Source of the DNA: Longimicrobiales bacterium
Lineage (GTDB): Bacteria > Gemmatimonadota > Gemmatimonadetes > Longimicrobiales > Gaopeijiaceae
Length of the DNA: 64,000 bases
Reading direction: 5' to 3'
Assembly (NCBI GenBank): GCA_041690395.1
Contig: JAWLHJ010000001.1
Location: 64,001 to 128,000 of the forward strand
Shown: positions 24,965 to 32,978 of the stretch, in pieces
How positions within the stretch are numbered: the stretch's first letter is position 1
Layout: each line of letters starts with the position of its first letter
Notes under the pieces: generated by a model
The model's input: only the letters and a program-made list of their open reading frames with translations
The model's database searches: none
Told to the model about the DNA's origin: nothing
Program-made: the position numbers and the translations under genes

Positions 24965-25150
24965 TTCACGGCGGCCCGCCAGCCGCTCGAGGTCCCGCAC
25001 GTTCGCCTCCAGGTCGGAGCGAAAGGCCTCAAGATGGGCCGCCTCGCGGTCGGACGCGGACCGCACTTCCCACCACGCGTTGAGTGCGAACGCTGTGAGA
25101 ATTCCGACCACCACCACGCCCACGTCCAGGGCGATCTGTCGAGCGCATCG
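24965..25150 (-). pseudogene. N-terminal fragment of a DUF6090-like membrane-anchored protein
   Basis: LDVGVVVVGILTAFALNAWWE..EAAHLEAFRSDL. Confidence 0.5.
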
Positions 25151-25255
25151 ACGACCCCAAGACCGTACACCTCCCGGAAGTCGCAATCCAGGAGTCCCGC
25201 ATCGGCTCGGGCGCCGCCCACCGTCACGGTGGGTCCTTCCTCTTGGTCGGCCGGG

Positions 25256-25975
25256 TCAAGACTGGGTGGGGGTGGGGAGCTGCCGGTCTGCGGTGTTGAC
25301 GCCACGGGTCAGCAGGTAGCCGATCATCCAGAACTGGGCTACCCCGGCCGGAAGCGCGATCACGAACACGATCTGGGGGACCCTGGTGAACAGCGGCACG
25401 GTGAACGCAATGGTGAGGTAGGCGAAGCAGCCAACCATCAGCAGCACGGCGAGTGGACGGGGGAACCAGCCGGACTTCAGTGCCAGGTAGCCCAGCGGCA
25501 ACAGCCACAGTCCGAAGAAGATCTCGCCGATGACGTAGCCGACCTCGTGCAACTCGAGGAAAAGCAGCATCAAGCCTTCGGAACCCTGCACCCCGAGTGC
25601 GGCGGCCAGCGTTGGATCCGCAGCGATGACGACGGCGGCGAGATGGTTGACCATGTTGGCGGTCGCGATCGCGATCGCGATCGCGAGGAAGGTCACCATC
25701 GCGGCGGCGACCTGCCGGTCGACGTGGCGCAGCAGGCGGTAGAGCACCATCCCGAGCAGGATGAACGCGACGATGCCAGCCAGCTCGGACACGAATGCGA
25801 CTCGCAGCAGCGTCTGGTTCGCGGTGACAGCTTCGGCCGTTGCCGCCGGATCGCCGGAGATGCGCACCATCGGACGGGCCACGAGTTGGGGAAGGCCGCG
25901 GAGCACGACGACCGCGAGGTAGAGCACCCCGGCTATGCGCGCCAGCCGCTTCGGTGAGATAGAGGTTGTTGACAT
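25256..25975 (-). CDS. DUF4386-like membrane protein
   Basis: LARIAGVLYL, GDPAATA, IFFGLWLLPLGYL..KSGWFPR; AGGAG RBS. Confidence 0.8.
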   Translation of the reverse strand: MSTTSISPKRLARIAGVLYLAVVVLRGLPQLVARPMVRISGDPAATAEAVTANQTLLRVAFVSELAGIVAFILLGMVLYRLLRHVDRQVAAAMVTFLAIAIAIATANMVNHLAAVVIAADPTLAAALGVQGSEGLMLLFLELHEVGYVIGEIFFGLWLLPLGYLALKSGWFPRPLAVLLMVGCFAYLTIAFTVPLFTRVPQIVFVIALPAGVAQFWMIGYLLTRGVNTADRQLPTPTQS

Positions 25976-26210
25976 CGGGTTCTCCTAGTTCACAGGCATG
26001 AGCGGGGCAGGCCGCGTGACGGATTGCCTCGCGGGCCAGTGGTGACCGTGGCGGTCAGCCTCCGCCGTTCGGGTACTGGAAGGCCTCGCGCGGTGGCGGC
26101 GGTCAGTTGACCGTCCGCAGGATATGCTCGATCGAGGTGGTGCGGGGGCAGGGCACGATCCGCACGACGTGCGTGACGGAAGAACGACGAATCGACAACG
26201 GGAGAGAGCA

Positions 26211-26591
26211 GTGAATCTGAATCAAGTGACACTACCGGTTGATGACGTGGAGCGGGCCGCGGCATTCTACCGCCGACTCGGCTTCGTGCAGATCGTGGAG
26301 ACCGGGCACTACGCCCGATTCGAGTGTCCCGAGGGGGCGTCGACGTTTTCGCTCGCCCGGACCGAAGGAGATTTTCGCAACGGAGCGGTGATCTATTTCG
26401 AACATGCTCAGCTCGACGCGTGGGTCGCGGAGTTGAAGAAGCGAGGTGTGGAGTTCGATGAGGAACCCAGGGACAAGCCGTACCTGTGGAGGGAGGCTAC
26501 GCTGAGGGACCCGTCCGGCAACCGGATCAAGCTGTACCACGCCGGCGACAATCGACGGTTCCCGCCATGGCGAGTGGAGCGCCGCGCCTGA
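26211..26591 (+). CDS. VOC/glyoxalase family protein
   Basis: LNQVTLPVDDVERAAAFY, YLWREATLRDPSGN. Confidence 0.9.
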   Translation: MNLNQVTLPVDDVERAAAFYRRLGFVQIVETGHYARFECPEGASTFSLARTEGDFRNGAVIYFEHAQLDAWVAELKKRGVEFDEEPRDKPYLWREATLRDPSGNRIKLYHAGDNRRFPPWRVERRA

Positions 26592-26638
26592 CCACGGGCT
26601 CGCCACGTCCCACCCGCGTGTGTGGCCCATCCGGCGTT

Positions 26639-27445
26639 TCACGATCGGGAACGTGGCGGCAACGGCGACGCGAACAACTGGAGAAGAACCCGCTCGCTGT
26701 CCGGATCCTCGGGGAGCAGCGTCTCGATCCGAAGATCGTCGGTCAGCGGATCGAGGGGATTGTCGAAGGTCATGAGCACGGTGAGCAGACCCGCGTCACC
26801 GCACGGCGTGCGGAGCCGCATCGGTACGGAGCGATCGGCGGGGGTGGAGGCGATGCCCTCCGATCCGTATCCACGGACCTCGGTTAGGAGCTTGTTGAGC
26901 TTCCGATCCCCCGGCCGGCGCGCCACCTCGCGTTCGAGCGAGGCGAACAGACGGGCCGCGACGGCGTCCAGGTCGAGTATCGTGGGACGGAAGCCCTCGG
27001 GGTGAAGCGTCAGGCGCATGAGGTTGGGGGGTCCGGGGATCGCGTCGTCGCCAAAGTATCGGTCGATCGTCCTCTGCGCCGTCCGGTTCGCGAGGAGGAT
27101 GTCCCATCGATGGTCCAGCGCGACGGCGAACCACGGCTCGTGACCCTCAAGCAAGCGGCCGAGCAGGGATCGGAGGTGCCCGCTCTCCCTCGCGTCCAAG
27201 TCGACCTCGGGGTACTCCCGCGCATGCCCTGCCGCCTCGAGGAGCGCGTTGCGCTCCCGCAGCGGGATCTCGAGCACGCCCGCGATCGCGAGGACCGCGT
27301 CCCGCGACGGCCGGCTACGTCCCGTCTCGATGAAGCTCACGTGGCGGGGCGAGAGCCGAGCCTCGAAGGAAAGCTCCATCTGGCTCAAACGCCGCCGCTT
27401 CCGCCACTTGCGGATCATGGGCCCGACGGGGGATCGCTCGCTCAC
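26639..27445 (-). CDS. XRE-HTH regulator with MmyB-like ligand-binding domain
   Basis: LSQMELS..SPRHVSFIETGRSRPS, LRERNALL, WDILLAN, LRIETLLP. Confidence 0.9.
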   Translation of the reverse strand: MSERSPVGPMIRKWRKRRRLSQMELSFEARLSPRHVSFIETGRSRPSRDAVLAIAGVLEIPLRERNALLEAAGHAREYPEVDLDARESGHLRSLLGRLLEGHEPWFAVALDHRWDILLANRTAQRTIDRYFGDDAIPGPPNLMRLTLHPEGFRPTILDLDAVAARLFASLEREVARRPGDRKLNKLLTEVRGYGSEGIASTPADRSVPMRLRTPCGDAGLLTVLMTFDNPLDPLTDDLRIETLLPEDPDSERVLLQLFASPLPPRSRS

Positions 27446-28416
27446 GTCCCCTCCATACCCGGGTCGCCCATGCGCTGGTGGGAGGTGCGTCGGGCCACCC
27501 CGGCGGGGCTCCCCGCCGCCTCGCCCGGCCCGTCTCGGCCGATCCGCTCGACCACCGGCCCGAGCTGGCGGTTGAACTTGGAGGTCATCAGCGCGGCCAC
27601 AACCTCACCTGCCCAGCCCCACCGAACCGTGTACTCATACCACAGATGCACGGCCGACCCGTCGCTGCGAGGCTGGACCTGCCATCCGCCTATCATCTCG
27701 CGGACCGGCATCGGAAAGCGCCCCGTGGTGGTGTCGAATTCCAGGACCAGTTCCCTCCCCTCGTCATCCATCACTAGAACCTCCTCCGACCACACGCTCC
27801 CCTCCCCGATCCCGCAGGTTCGCCGAATCACCCCGTTCTCCTCGGACACCTCCACCCGGGTCAGGTCGGGATAGAAATCGCCGATGCGGTCGAGCCGACG
27901 CAAGCGGTCCCACACGGCTGGGGCACTCCCTGGCACCGCACGCACGTGGTCGTACCGGCTCCTCGCGGCCGTCCGGCCGCGCCGATTCCGCGCATAGCGG
28001 GCAAGGCCGCGAAGCTGGAGGATCGCAAATCCCGCCACTGCGGCGGCGACACCGAGCACGACCAGCGTCCCTTCTCCCCCGAGCTCGTCGTGCCAGCGTG
28101 CCACTCCCGCGAAGCTGCCGAGAACCCACACTACATCCGCGGCGGTGACCGCGATCGCAGCTATCGAACCGACCGGCCGACGGCGAGCCAGAAGCCCCAC
28201 GACCACACCGAAAGCCACGAGGCCGGTACCCAGGACCCGGAGCCACCACCCCTCCGCCCCACCGAGAATTCCGGACACGGCACCGGTTCCGACGACCATT
28301 ACCAAGCCGGAGAGTGCGGAAAAGATCGCGTTCCCCGCGAGCGCGGAGCGCAGCGAGCCGTCGTCGGGGAAGCCGCGCGCCGTCAAGGTGTGATCGGCCG
28401 TGGTGTCCTCGGTCAT
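27442..28416 (-). CDS. Four-TM membrane domain fused to SRPBCC/START-like domain
   Basis: LRSALAGNAIFSALSG TM block, then AVWDRL..RRTC..EEVL..; overlaps the XRE gene start. Confidence 0.75.
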   Translation of the reverse strand: MTEDTTADHTLTARGFPDDGSLRSALAGNAIFSALSGLVMVVGTGAVSGILGGAEGWWLRVLGTGLVAFGVVVGLLARRRPVGSIAAIAVTAADVVWVLGSFAGVARWHDELGGEGTLVVLGVAAAVAGFAILQLRGLARYARNRRGRTAARSRYDHVRAVPGSAPAVWDRLRRLDRIGDFYPDLTRVEVSEENGVIRRTCGIGEGSVWSEEVLVMDDEGRELVLEFDTTTGRFPMPVREMIGGWQVQPRSDGSAVHLWYEYTVRWGWAGEVVAALMTSKFNRQLGPVVERIGRDGPGEAAGSPAGVARRTSHQRMGDPGMEGT

Positions 28417-28479
28417 CTCGTCTCTCCGGCAACGTCGACGCGGGCCGGCGCCGACCCGGTAATCGAAGCCCTCCGAACC

Positions 28480-28677
28480 CTAAAGTCGGGAGCGCGGGGC
28501 TTCAATTACCTCGGAGGTCATCGCTCCCGGACGTAGTCGCCTCGGCGGCCGGTTGCCGGAGCCGGACACCCCGGCCAGCCCGAGGGCCGCACCGATCACC
28601 AGGCCAGTCGCGGCGGCGCCGAAGGCCGCCCCGAGGATCATGCCTACGCCGGCACCGATCGCGATCTGCCCGTTCAT
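28480..28677 (-). CDS. Small glycine-zipper membrane peptide (possibly a remnant)
   Basis: MNGQIAIGAGVGMILGAAFGAAATGLVIGAALG; ATGA overlap with the upstream pseudogene stop. Confidence 0.45.
   Translation of the reverse strand: MNGQIAIGAGVGMILGAAFGAAATGLVIGAALGLAGVSGSGNRPPRRLRPGAMTSEVIEAPRSRL
28505..28521. promoter_or_regulatory. Probable operator of the XRE/MmyB-like regulator
   Basis: ATTACCTC-G-GAGGTCAT imperfect inverted repeat upstream of the SRPBCC-XRE operon. Confidence 0.55.
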
Positions 28678-29170
28678 CGCTGCCGCACCAACTCGTAGGC
28701 AGCCTCCATCCGTGCGACGAGGCTGTCGTCGCGGACGAGATGTCCGGGTGTTCGTCCTTGCGGTACGGCCGTCACTCTGCCCGCACCGCGTGCCACGCGC
28801 CGCCCACCTTCCACCGGTACTCCACCACACTCGGCTCGTCCGGCTCCAGCTCGATGCGGTGCCCCATGGGGCACGACGAACAGGGCTCTCCGTACAAGCG
28901 CCGTGCGACCCCGGCGACGGCGCGCTCCGGGACGAATTCGCGGATGGACACGACGCCGCGCCGATCGCCCTCCAGCAGCTCGCGCTTCACCTAGAACCGC
29001 AGGTTGACCTCTTCGAAGCGTTCCAGGTGTCGAGGCCGGTGCCAGAGGGCACGAGCGGCGTATCTGAGCGTGGTCGGGTTTCTGTTCCTGGGTTGTCTCG
29101 GGATCGACGACGAAGTTGAGCGTCACCAGGTGACGCCACTCCGCCCTCAGAAACGAGGGGAAAAGTCCGG
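28674..29170 (-). pseudogene. DUF2071/YqjF family pseudogene
   Basis: FLRAEWRHLVTLNFVVDP, then another frame FEEVNLRF*VKR..RRGVVSIREFVP; in-frame TAG and frameshifts. Confidence 0.75.
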
Positions 29171-29423
29171 AGGTCCGCACGCTCCTACTCTCGGACGCGG
29201 ACACCGCTATCCCCGTCCTACATGGCCTAGAGCGGTCGAGCATCGTAAGCTGTCAGTTAAACTCGGTGCGTTTCAGCAAAGATAGGCGTATATGCTGGGG
29301 GCACGTCGGGAACACCTGAGCGTTATCTGGAATGGCGCATCCGGAAGCGAGTGGGTTTAGGGTAACCCAGTATCGCCGTGGGCGACCGAGTGTGCTTAGC
29401 TTCACCTGAGGGAGGTGCCGCCG

Positions 29424-30590
29424 ATGAGAGTCCGGCACGGTGGATCCTGGTGGCTGCTATTGGCGATTGGACTCCTGGTCGGATGTGGGCGCGGGTCCGC
29501 TGCGGACTCCGAACCCATTATCACCGTGGAAAGTGGCATAGAAATCGCCTCGCCTCCGCGTGTGCCGTCTTTCTCGGACTCTCGGTACCAGTGGGAGTTC
29601 ACCGTGCTCCGGGAGGTCTCCGCCGGATCCGTTGGAGCGGACGCCGAGCCGTTGGTCTACAACCCCTCCAAGGCCCTGCCCCTGCGTGACGGGACCCTCC
29701 TCTTGCATGACCCGCAGGCTGACGACCCCCTGGTCATCATTGATCCCGCAGACGGTTCAGCCCTTCACCGTTTCGGCCGCAATGGGCAGGGCCCTGGGGA
29801 ACTATCGCCCAACGTCGATCTGAGTGAGGACCGGGATGGAACGCTCCGCATACTCGCTGGCACCAACCGGCAGGTCCTAGGCTACAGTCCCGACGGAACG
29901 TACCTGGGCAGCGAGCGACTCGACTTTTCTGAAGTCCCGTTCAAGTCGCTACCGCATCCGAACGGACGATCGCATTTCGTGGAGGTCGCGACCGGCCGAC
30001 CGGGAGCTTGGGTGCGTCGTGTGGCAGTGGCTGAGGTGAACCCACCCGCACTGCTGGGTGGAGTCGACCTAGCTGAGCCGGCACCCGGCGCTCGAGGCCC
30101 CGGAATTCAGTTCGGTCGAGCGCTTTGGACGGTGCTACGTGAGCATGTCGTGACCATGCGGTCCGAGCGCCCGGTGCTGACGGTCCATGGCTTGGACGGA
30201 GACCTGGTTCGGGAGATCCGGTTGCCCTTGAGCGCGCGGACTTTGACGGAGTTCGACATCGAGCGTCAAATCGCTCTGGATGGGCCGATCGCGAGTGTGC
30301 TCGAGCCCGGGCCGGCGGTTCTGACAAACGAGCTTTATGCGGTAAACGATTCGGTCTTCGGAATGTTTCTTAGCGGACTCTGGCGCGCCGCTGGCGACCC
30401 GCCGATCCCGGGAGGTGAGATCTGGTGGAGAATGTTCTCGTTGCATGGGCGGTACATAGGAGTCGCCCAGGTGCCGGCAGATCTCTCCTGGCTCTGGCAT
30501 GGCGAGGACCGCTTCTGGGCATTCCGGGTCACCTCGGATGGCCGCCCCGTCCTTCAGGAACTCACACTCGCTCGGAAGGTGGTTGAGTGA
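29424..30590 (+). CDS. 6-bladed beta-propeller lipoprotein
   Basis: LLVGC lipobox, FGRNGQGPGEL motif; GGAGG RBS. Confidence 0.8.
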   Translation: MRVRHGGSWWLLLAIGLLVGCGRGSAADSEPIITVESGIEIASPPRVPSFSDSRYQWEFTVLREVSAGSVGADAEPLVYNPSKALPLRDGTLLLHDPQADDPLVIIDPADGSALHRFGRNGQGPGELSPNVDLSEDRDGTLRILAGTNRQVLGYSPDGTYLGSERLDFSEVPFKSLPHPNGRSHFVEVATGRPGAWVRRVAVAEVNPPALLGGVDLAEPAPGARGPGIQFGRALWTVLREHVVTMRSERPVLTVHGLDGDLVREIRLPLSARTLTEFDIERQIALDGPIASVLEPGPAVLTNELYAVNDSVFGMFLSGLWRAAGDPPIPGGEIWWRMFSLHGRYIGVAQVPADLSWLWHGEDRFWAFRVTSDGRPVLQELTLARKVVE

Positions 30591-30656
30591 GCACTACTGC
30601 AGGCAGCTAGACGTGGGTAGCGGGTCTTGCTCCTTGTTTGGAGGACCATCTCGCTC

Positions 30657-31769
30657 ATGGACGCGACAAGGCTGTTCCCAATCCTGACGCTCCTCGTGTC
30701 TGCCCCAGATGCGCAGGCCCAGGAGATTCGTTCGGTCTCGGACGAGCCTGCATGTAGCTGCCGGATCGAGGCAGAACTCGTGACGACGCTCCGGGACGAC
30801 GATGGCCGCGCCGGGCTATCAACCCCGCTGGTTGTCGCGCGCACGCCGGACGGCCGGTACCTGGTCGTACCCGGCAACCGCCAGGGCGCCGTCCTCCTTT
30901 TCGACTCGTCGGGGAGCTTCGAACGACCGGTAGGCAGGCCAGGTCAGGGGCCGCAGGAGTTCCGAAATGTCATCGGTATTCAGCCTGGACTCGCCGACAG
31001 TATCCTTGTCCTGGATGCCGGCGCCGGACGGCTAACAGTGCTTGACTCCTCGCTCACCGTCGCGAGAACGATTCGCGTTCCGGACTTCAGCTCATGGTTC
31101 GGCATGACCGAGAGCGGCGAGCTTGTGCTACAAACGGCGATTCCCCGAGGTGCGTCTCAAGACCGCATCCGGGTCCTTGATCGCGGAATGACGCCGATCC
31201 GCTCCTTCATGTCTGGCGCACCCATTGGTCCGGGGGCTCCGGTACAGTCACTGCGACGGCGCCTTACCGTCAGCCCCGACGGTCGGATCGCGGTAGCCCA
31301 CAACGACCGCTACGTGGTGGAGCTCTGGAACATCTCGGGTCAACACCTCGAGACCCTGACCCGCAGCCCCGATTGGTTCCAGGCTCTACATGAAGGACCG
31401 AGCACGTCTCCTCAACGTCCATCCCCTAGACTGGAGACGCCCCGAATTGATGCCGAGGGGAGGATCTGGACCGTCTCGCACGTTCCGGACCCTGAATGGG
31501 AGAACGCGCTTGGCGAGGGAAGGGACCTGTACGGTCGAACGGTCCTCGGAAGCCGCGAAGGTGCCCAGAGTATCCTGTTGGACTCGGTCATTGAAGTGAT
31601 TGAGCCCGAGACCGCAACGCTGTTCGCATCCCTCCGCATCGATGCTCACGTGGTATTCATATCACCTGAAGGGTTTGCGGCCAGCTACAGGCAGGATGAT
31701 ATCGGGCAACCGTACGTGGATGTTTGGAAGTTCGAGTTGGTCCTTCCGCCCGCTCCCGATGTCCGCTGA
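30657..31769 (+). CDS. Secreted 6-bladed beta-propeller protein
   Basis: Signal peptide (AQA-Q), CSC, VGRPGQGPQEF, DAEGRIW. Confidence 0.8.
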   Translation: MDATRLFPILTLLVSAPDAQAQEIRSVSDEPACSCRIEAELVTTLRDDDGRAGLSTPLVVARTPDGRYLVVPGNRQGAVLLFDSSGSFERPVGRPGQGPQEFRNVIGIQPGLADSILVLDAGAGRLTVLDSSLTVARTIRVPDFSSWFGMTESGELVLQTAIPRGASQDRIRVLDRGMTPIRSFMSGAPIGPGAPVQSLRRRLTVSPDGRIAVAHNDRYVVELWNISGQHLETLTRSPDWFQALHEGPSTSPQRPSPRLETPRIDAEGRIWTVSHVPDPEWENALGEGRDLYGRTVLGSREGAQSILLDSVIEVIEPETATLFASLRIDAHVVFISPEGFAASYRQDDIGQPYVDVWKFELVLPPAPDVR

Positions 31770-31831
31770 ACGCAACGCCTGGTTTTCGTTGATCCCACGG
31801 AACTCCGCACAGACGACGGATCGCGCGTCGA

Positions 31832-32004
31832 CCCTCGGTGCTCGAGCCAGGTCACACCTTCGAGTCCCCCAGGAACCACGAGGCGACCACGTCCGAAAAC
31901 CAACCCGTTGCCCTTCAAGCACTTAGGCTCGGGCGCGTTTCCACACCTCCCACAGGTTTCCACACCTACGCAAAACGCCCCAGCCGCGTAAGCGACTGGG
32001 GCGT
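31832..32004. repeat. ~173-bp islet right arm, copy 2
   Basis: Direct repeat of 18948-19119, with the same 20-bp distance to the att core. Confidence 0.95.
31972..32004 (-). terminator. Intrinsic terminator of the tRNA-Glu/tRNA-Val transcript
   Basis: CGCCCCAGTCGC-TTAC-GCGGCTGGGGCG-TTTT on the minus strand, ~22 nt after tRNA-Val. Confidence 0.85.
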
Positions 32005-32026
32005 GTGCACTTCCAGGATGGGGCCA

Positions 32027-32099
32027 TGGTCGCTGCAGGACTCGAACCTGCGACATCTACGATGTGAACGTAGCGCTCTACCAGCTGAGCTAAGCGACC
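32027..32099 (-). tRNA. tRNA-Val(CAC), CCA not encoded
   Basis: Cloverleaf folded by hand: GGTCGCT/AGCGACC acceptor, CTACG-TT-CAC-AT-CGTAG anticodon arm, GGTTCGAGTCC. Confidence 0.97.
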
Positions 32100-32110
32100 C
32101 TCTTCCGTAA

Positions 32111-32183
32111 TACCCCCACGGGGACTCGAACCCCGGTCTTCGCCGTGAGAGGGCGATATCCTAGGCCACTAGACGATGGGGGC
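32111..32183 (-). tRNA. tRNA-Glu(CTC), CCA not encoded
   Basis: GCCCCCA/TGGGGGT acceptor, TCGCC-CT-CTC-AC-GGCGA anticodon arm, GGTTCGAGTCC. Confidence 0.97.
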
Positions 32184-32208
32184 GTCACTCCGATTTCGGA
32201 GAGCACAA

Positions 32209-32238
32209 ATTTTAAGAAACATATGACGACGCGGTCAA
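32209..32238 (-). promoter_or_regulatory. Sigma-70 promoter of the tRNA pair
   Basis: TTGACC-N18-TAAAAT on the minus strand. Confidence 0.7.
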
Positions 32239-32975
32239 CCCCCGCCGTCCAGGAACCTCCGCACGATCTCGAACACTTCGGTGTCGCGGAGCATGCCTGG
32301 GTGCGTGGGACAGCAGACCTCGTGGTCGGGGACCCCAGGAAGCGTGGCACTCTCGGCCGGTAGGACGTGCGTGTCGATCTGCGTCCGGACGGTGATCGCC
32401 TGGACGCCACCCGGGAGCGCGGGGCCGGTGTTCAGGCTGTCGAGGAACGGGCTCTCGGGGAGCATCTCGTCGCGCCCGTCGCCCCAGGCGAGGTGCGCGG
32501 CCATCGTCCCCCGATGGGGTGACGCCAGGAAGGCGACCCTCCGGACGGGGACCGGATCCCCCCGGAGCAGATACCAGCGTGTGGCGAGCCCTCCCATCGA
32601 GAACGCGACCACGTCGAGGGAGTCGGCACCGGTCTCGCGGAGGATGGATCTCGCCACGACGCCGAGCTCCTCGGCGTGGTCCCGGTTGCTTCCGGCCGGG
32701 TCGTCGAACGACACGGCACGAACATGGTCCGGCGGCCACCCGGCCTCCACGAGGCGCGAGCGGAGCAGGTCCATGGCCTCGCTCGTGTCGAGCCAACCGG
32801 GAATCAGGAGGACCGGAAGGCGCGAGGCGGCGGAGCCGGTCGGGATCCCGACCGAATCGGACGAGTCCACGGGGCCGGGGGCGTCCCGGTGATCGCCGGG
32901 CGGATCACTGGGCAGCCATGAAGCGACCGCCCATGCCACTGCGATCGCAATGACGGCGAACAGGGCGCGCTTCAC
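32235..32975 (-). CDS. Secreted lipase/esterase (alpha/beta hydrolase, lipase_2-like)
   Basis: PVLLIPGW, AFSMGG nucleophile elbow, ASPHRGT, D and H (THPGML). Confidence 0.85.
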   Translation of the reverse strand: MKRALFAVIAIAVAWAVASWLPSDPPGDHRDAPGPVDSSDSVGIPTGSAASRLPVLLIPGWLDTSEAMDLLRSRLVEAGWPPDHVRAVSFDDPAGSNRDHAEELGVVARSILRETGADSLDVVAFSMGGLATRWYLLRGDPVPVRRVAFLASPHRGTMAAHLAWGDGRDEMLPESPFLDSLNTGPALPGGVQAITVRTQIDTHVLPAESATLPGVPDHEVCCPTHPGMLRDTEVFEIVRRFLDGGG

Positions 32976-32978
32976 CGA

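Larger units (their letters stand above)
19140..32038. mobile_element. Genomic island A integrated at the 3' end of tRNA-Val(CAC), ~12.9 kb, no integrase
   Basis: 14-bp direct repeats at both ends, one overlapping the tRNA 3' end; heterogeneous cargo with gene fragments. Confidence 0.8.

Noticed and set aside
25664..25685. (GCGATC)n microsatellite
   Set aside because: Encodes IAIAIA in a transmembrane helix; no evidence of phase variation.
13127..32038. Classical integron or prophage
   Set aside because: No intI, no clear attC (RYYYAAC..GTTRRRY) after each gene, and no phage structural genes.
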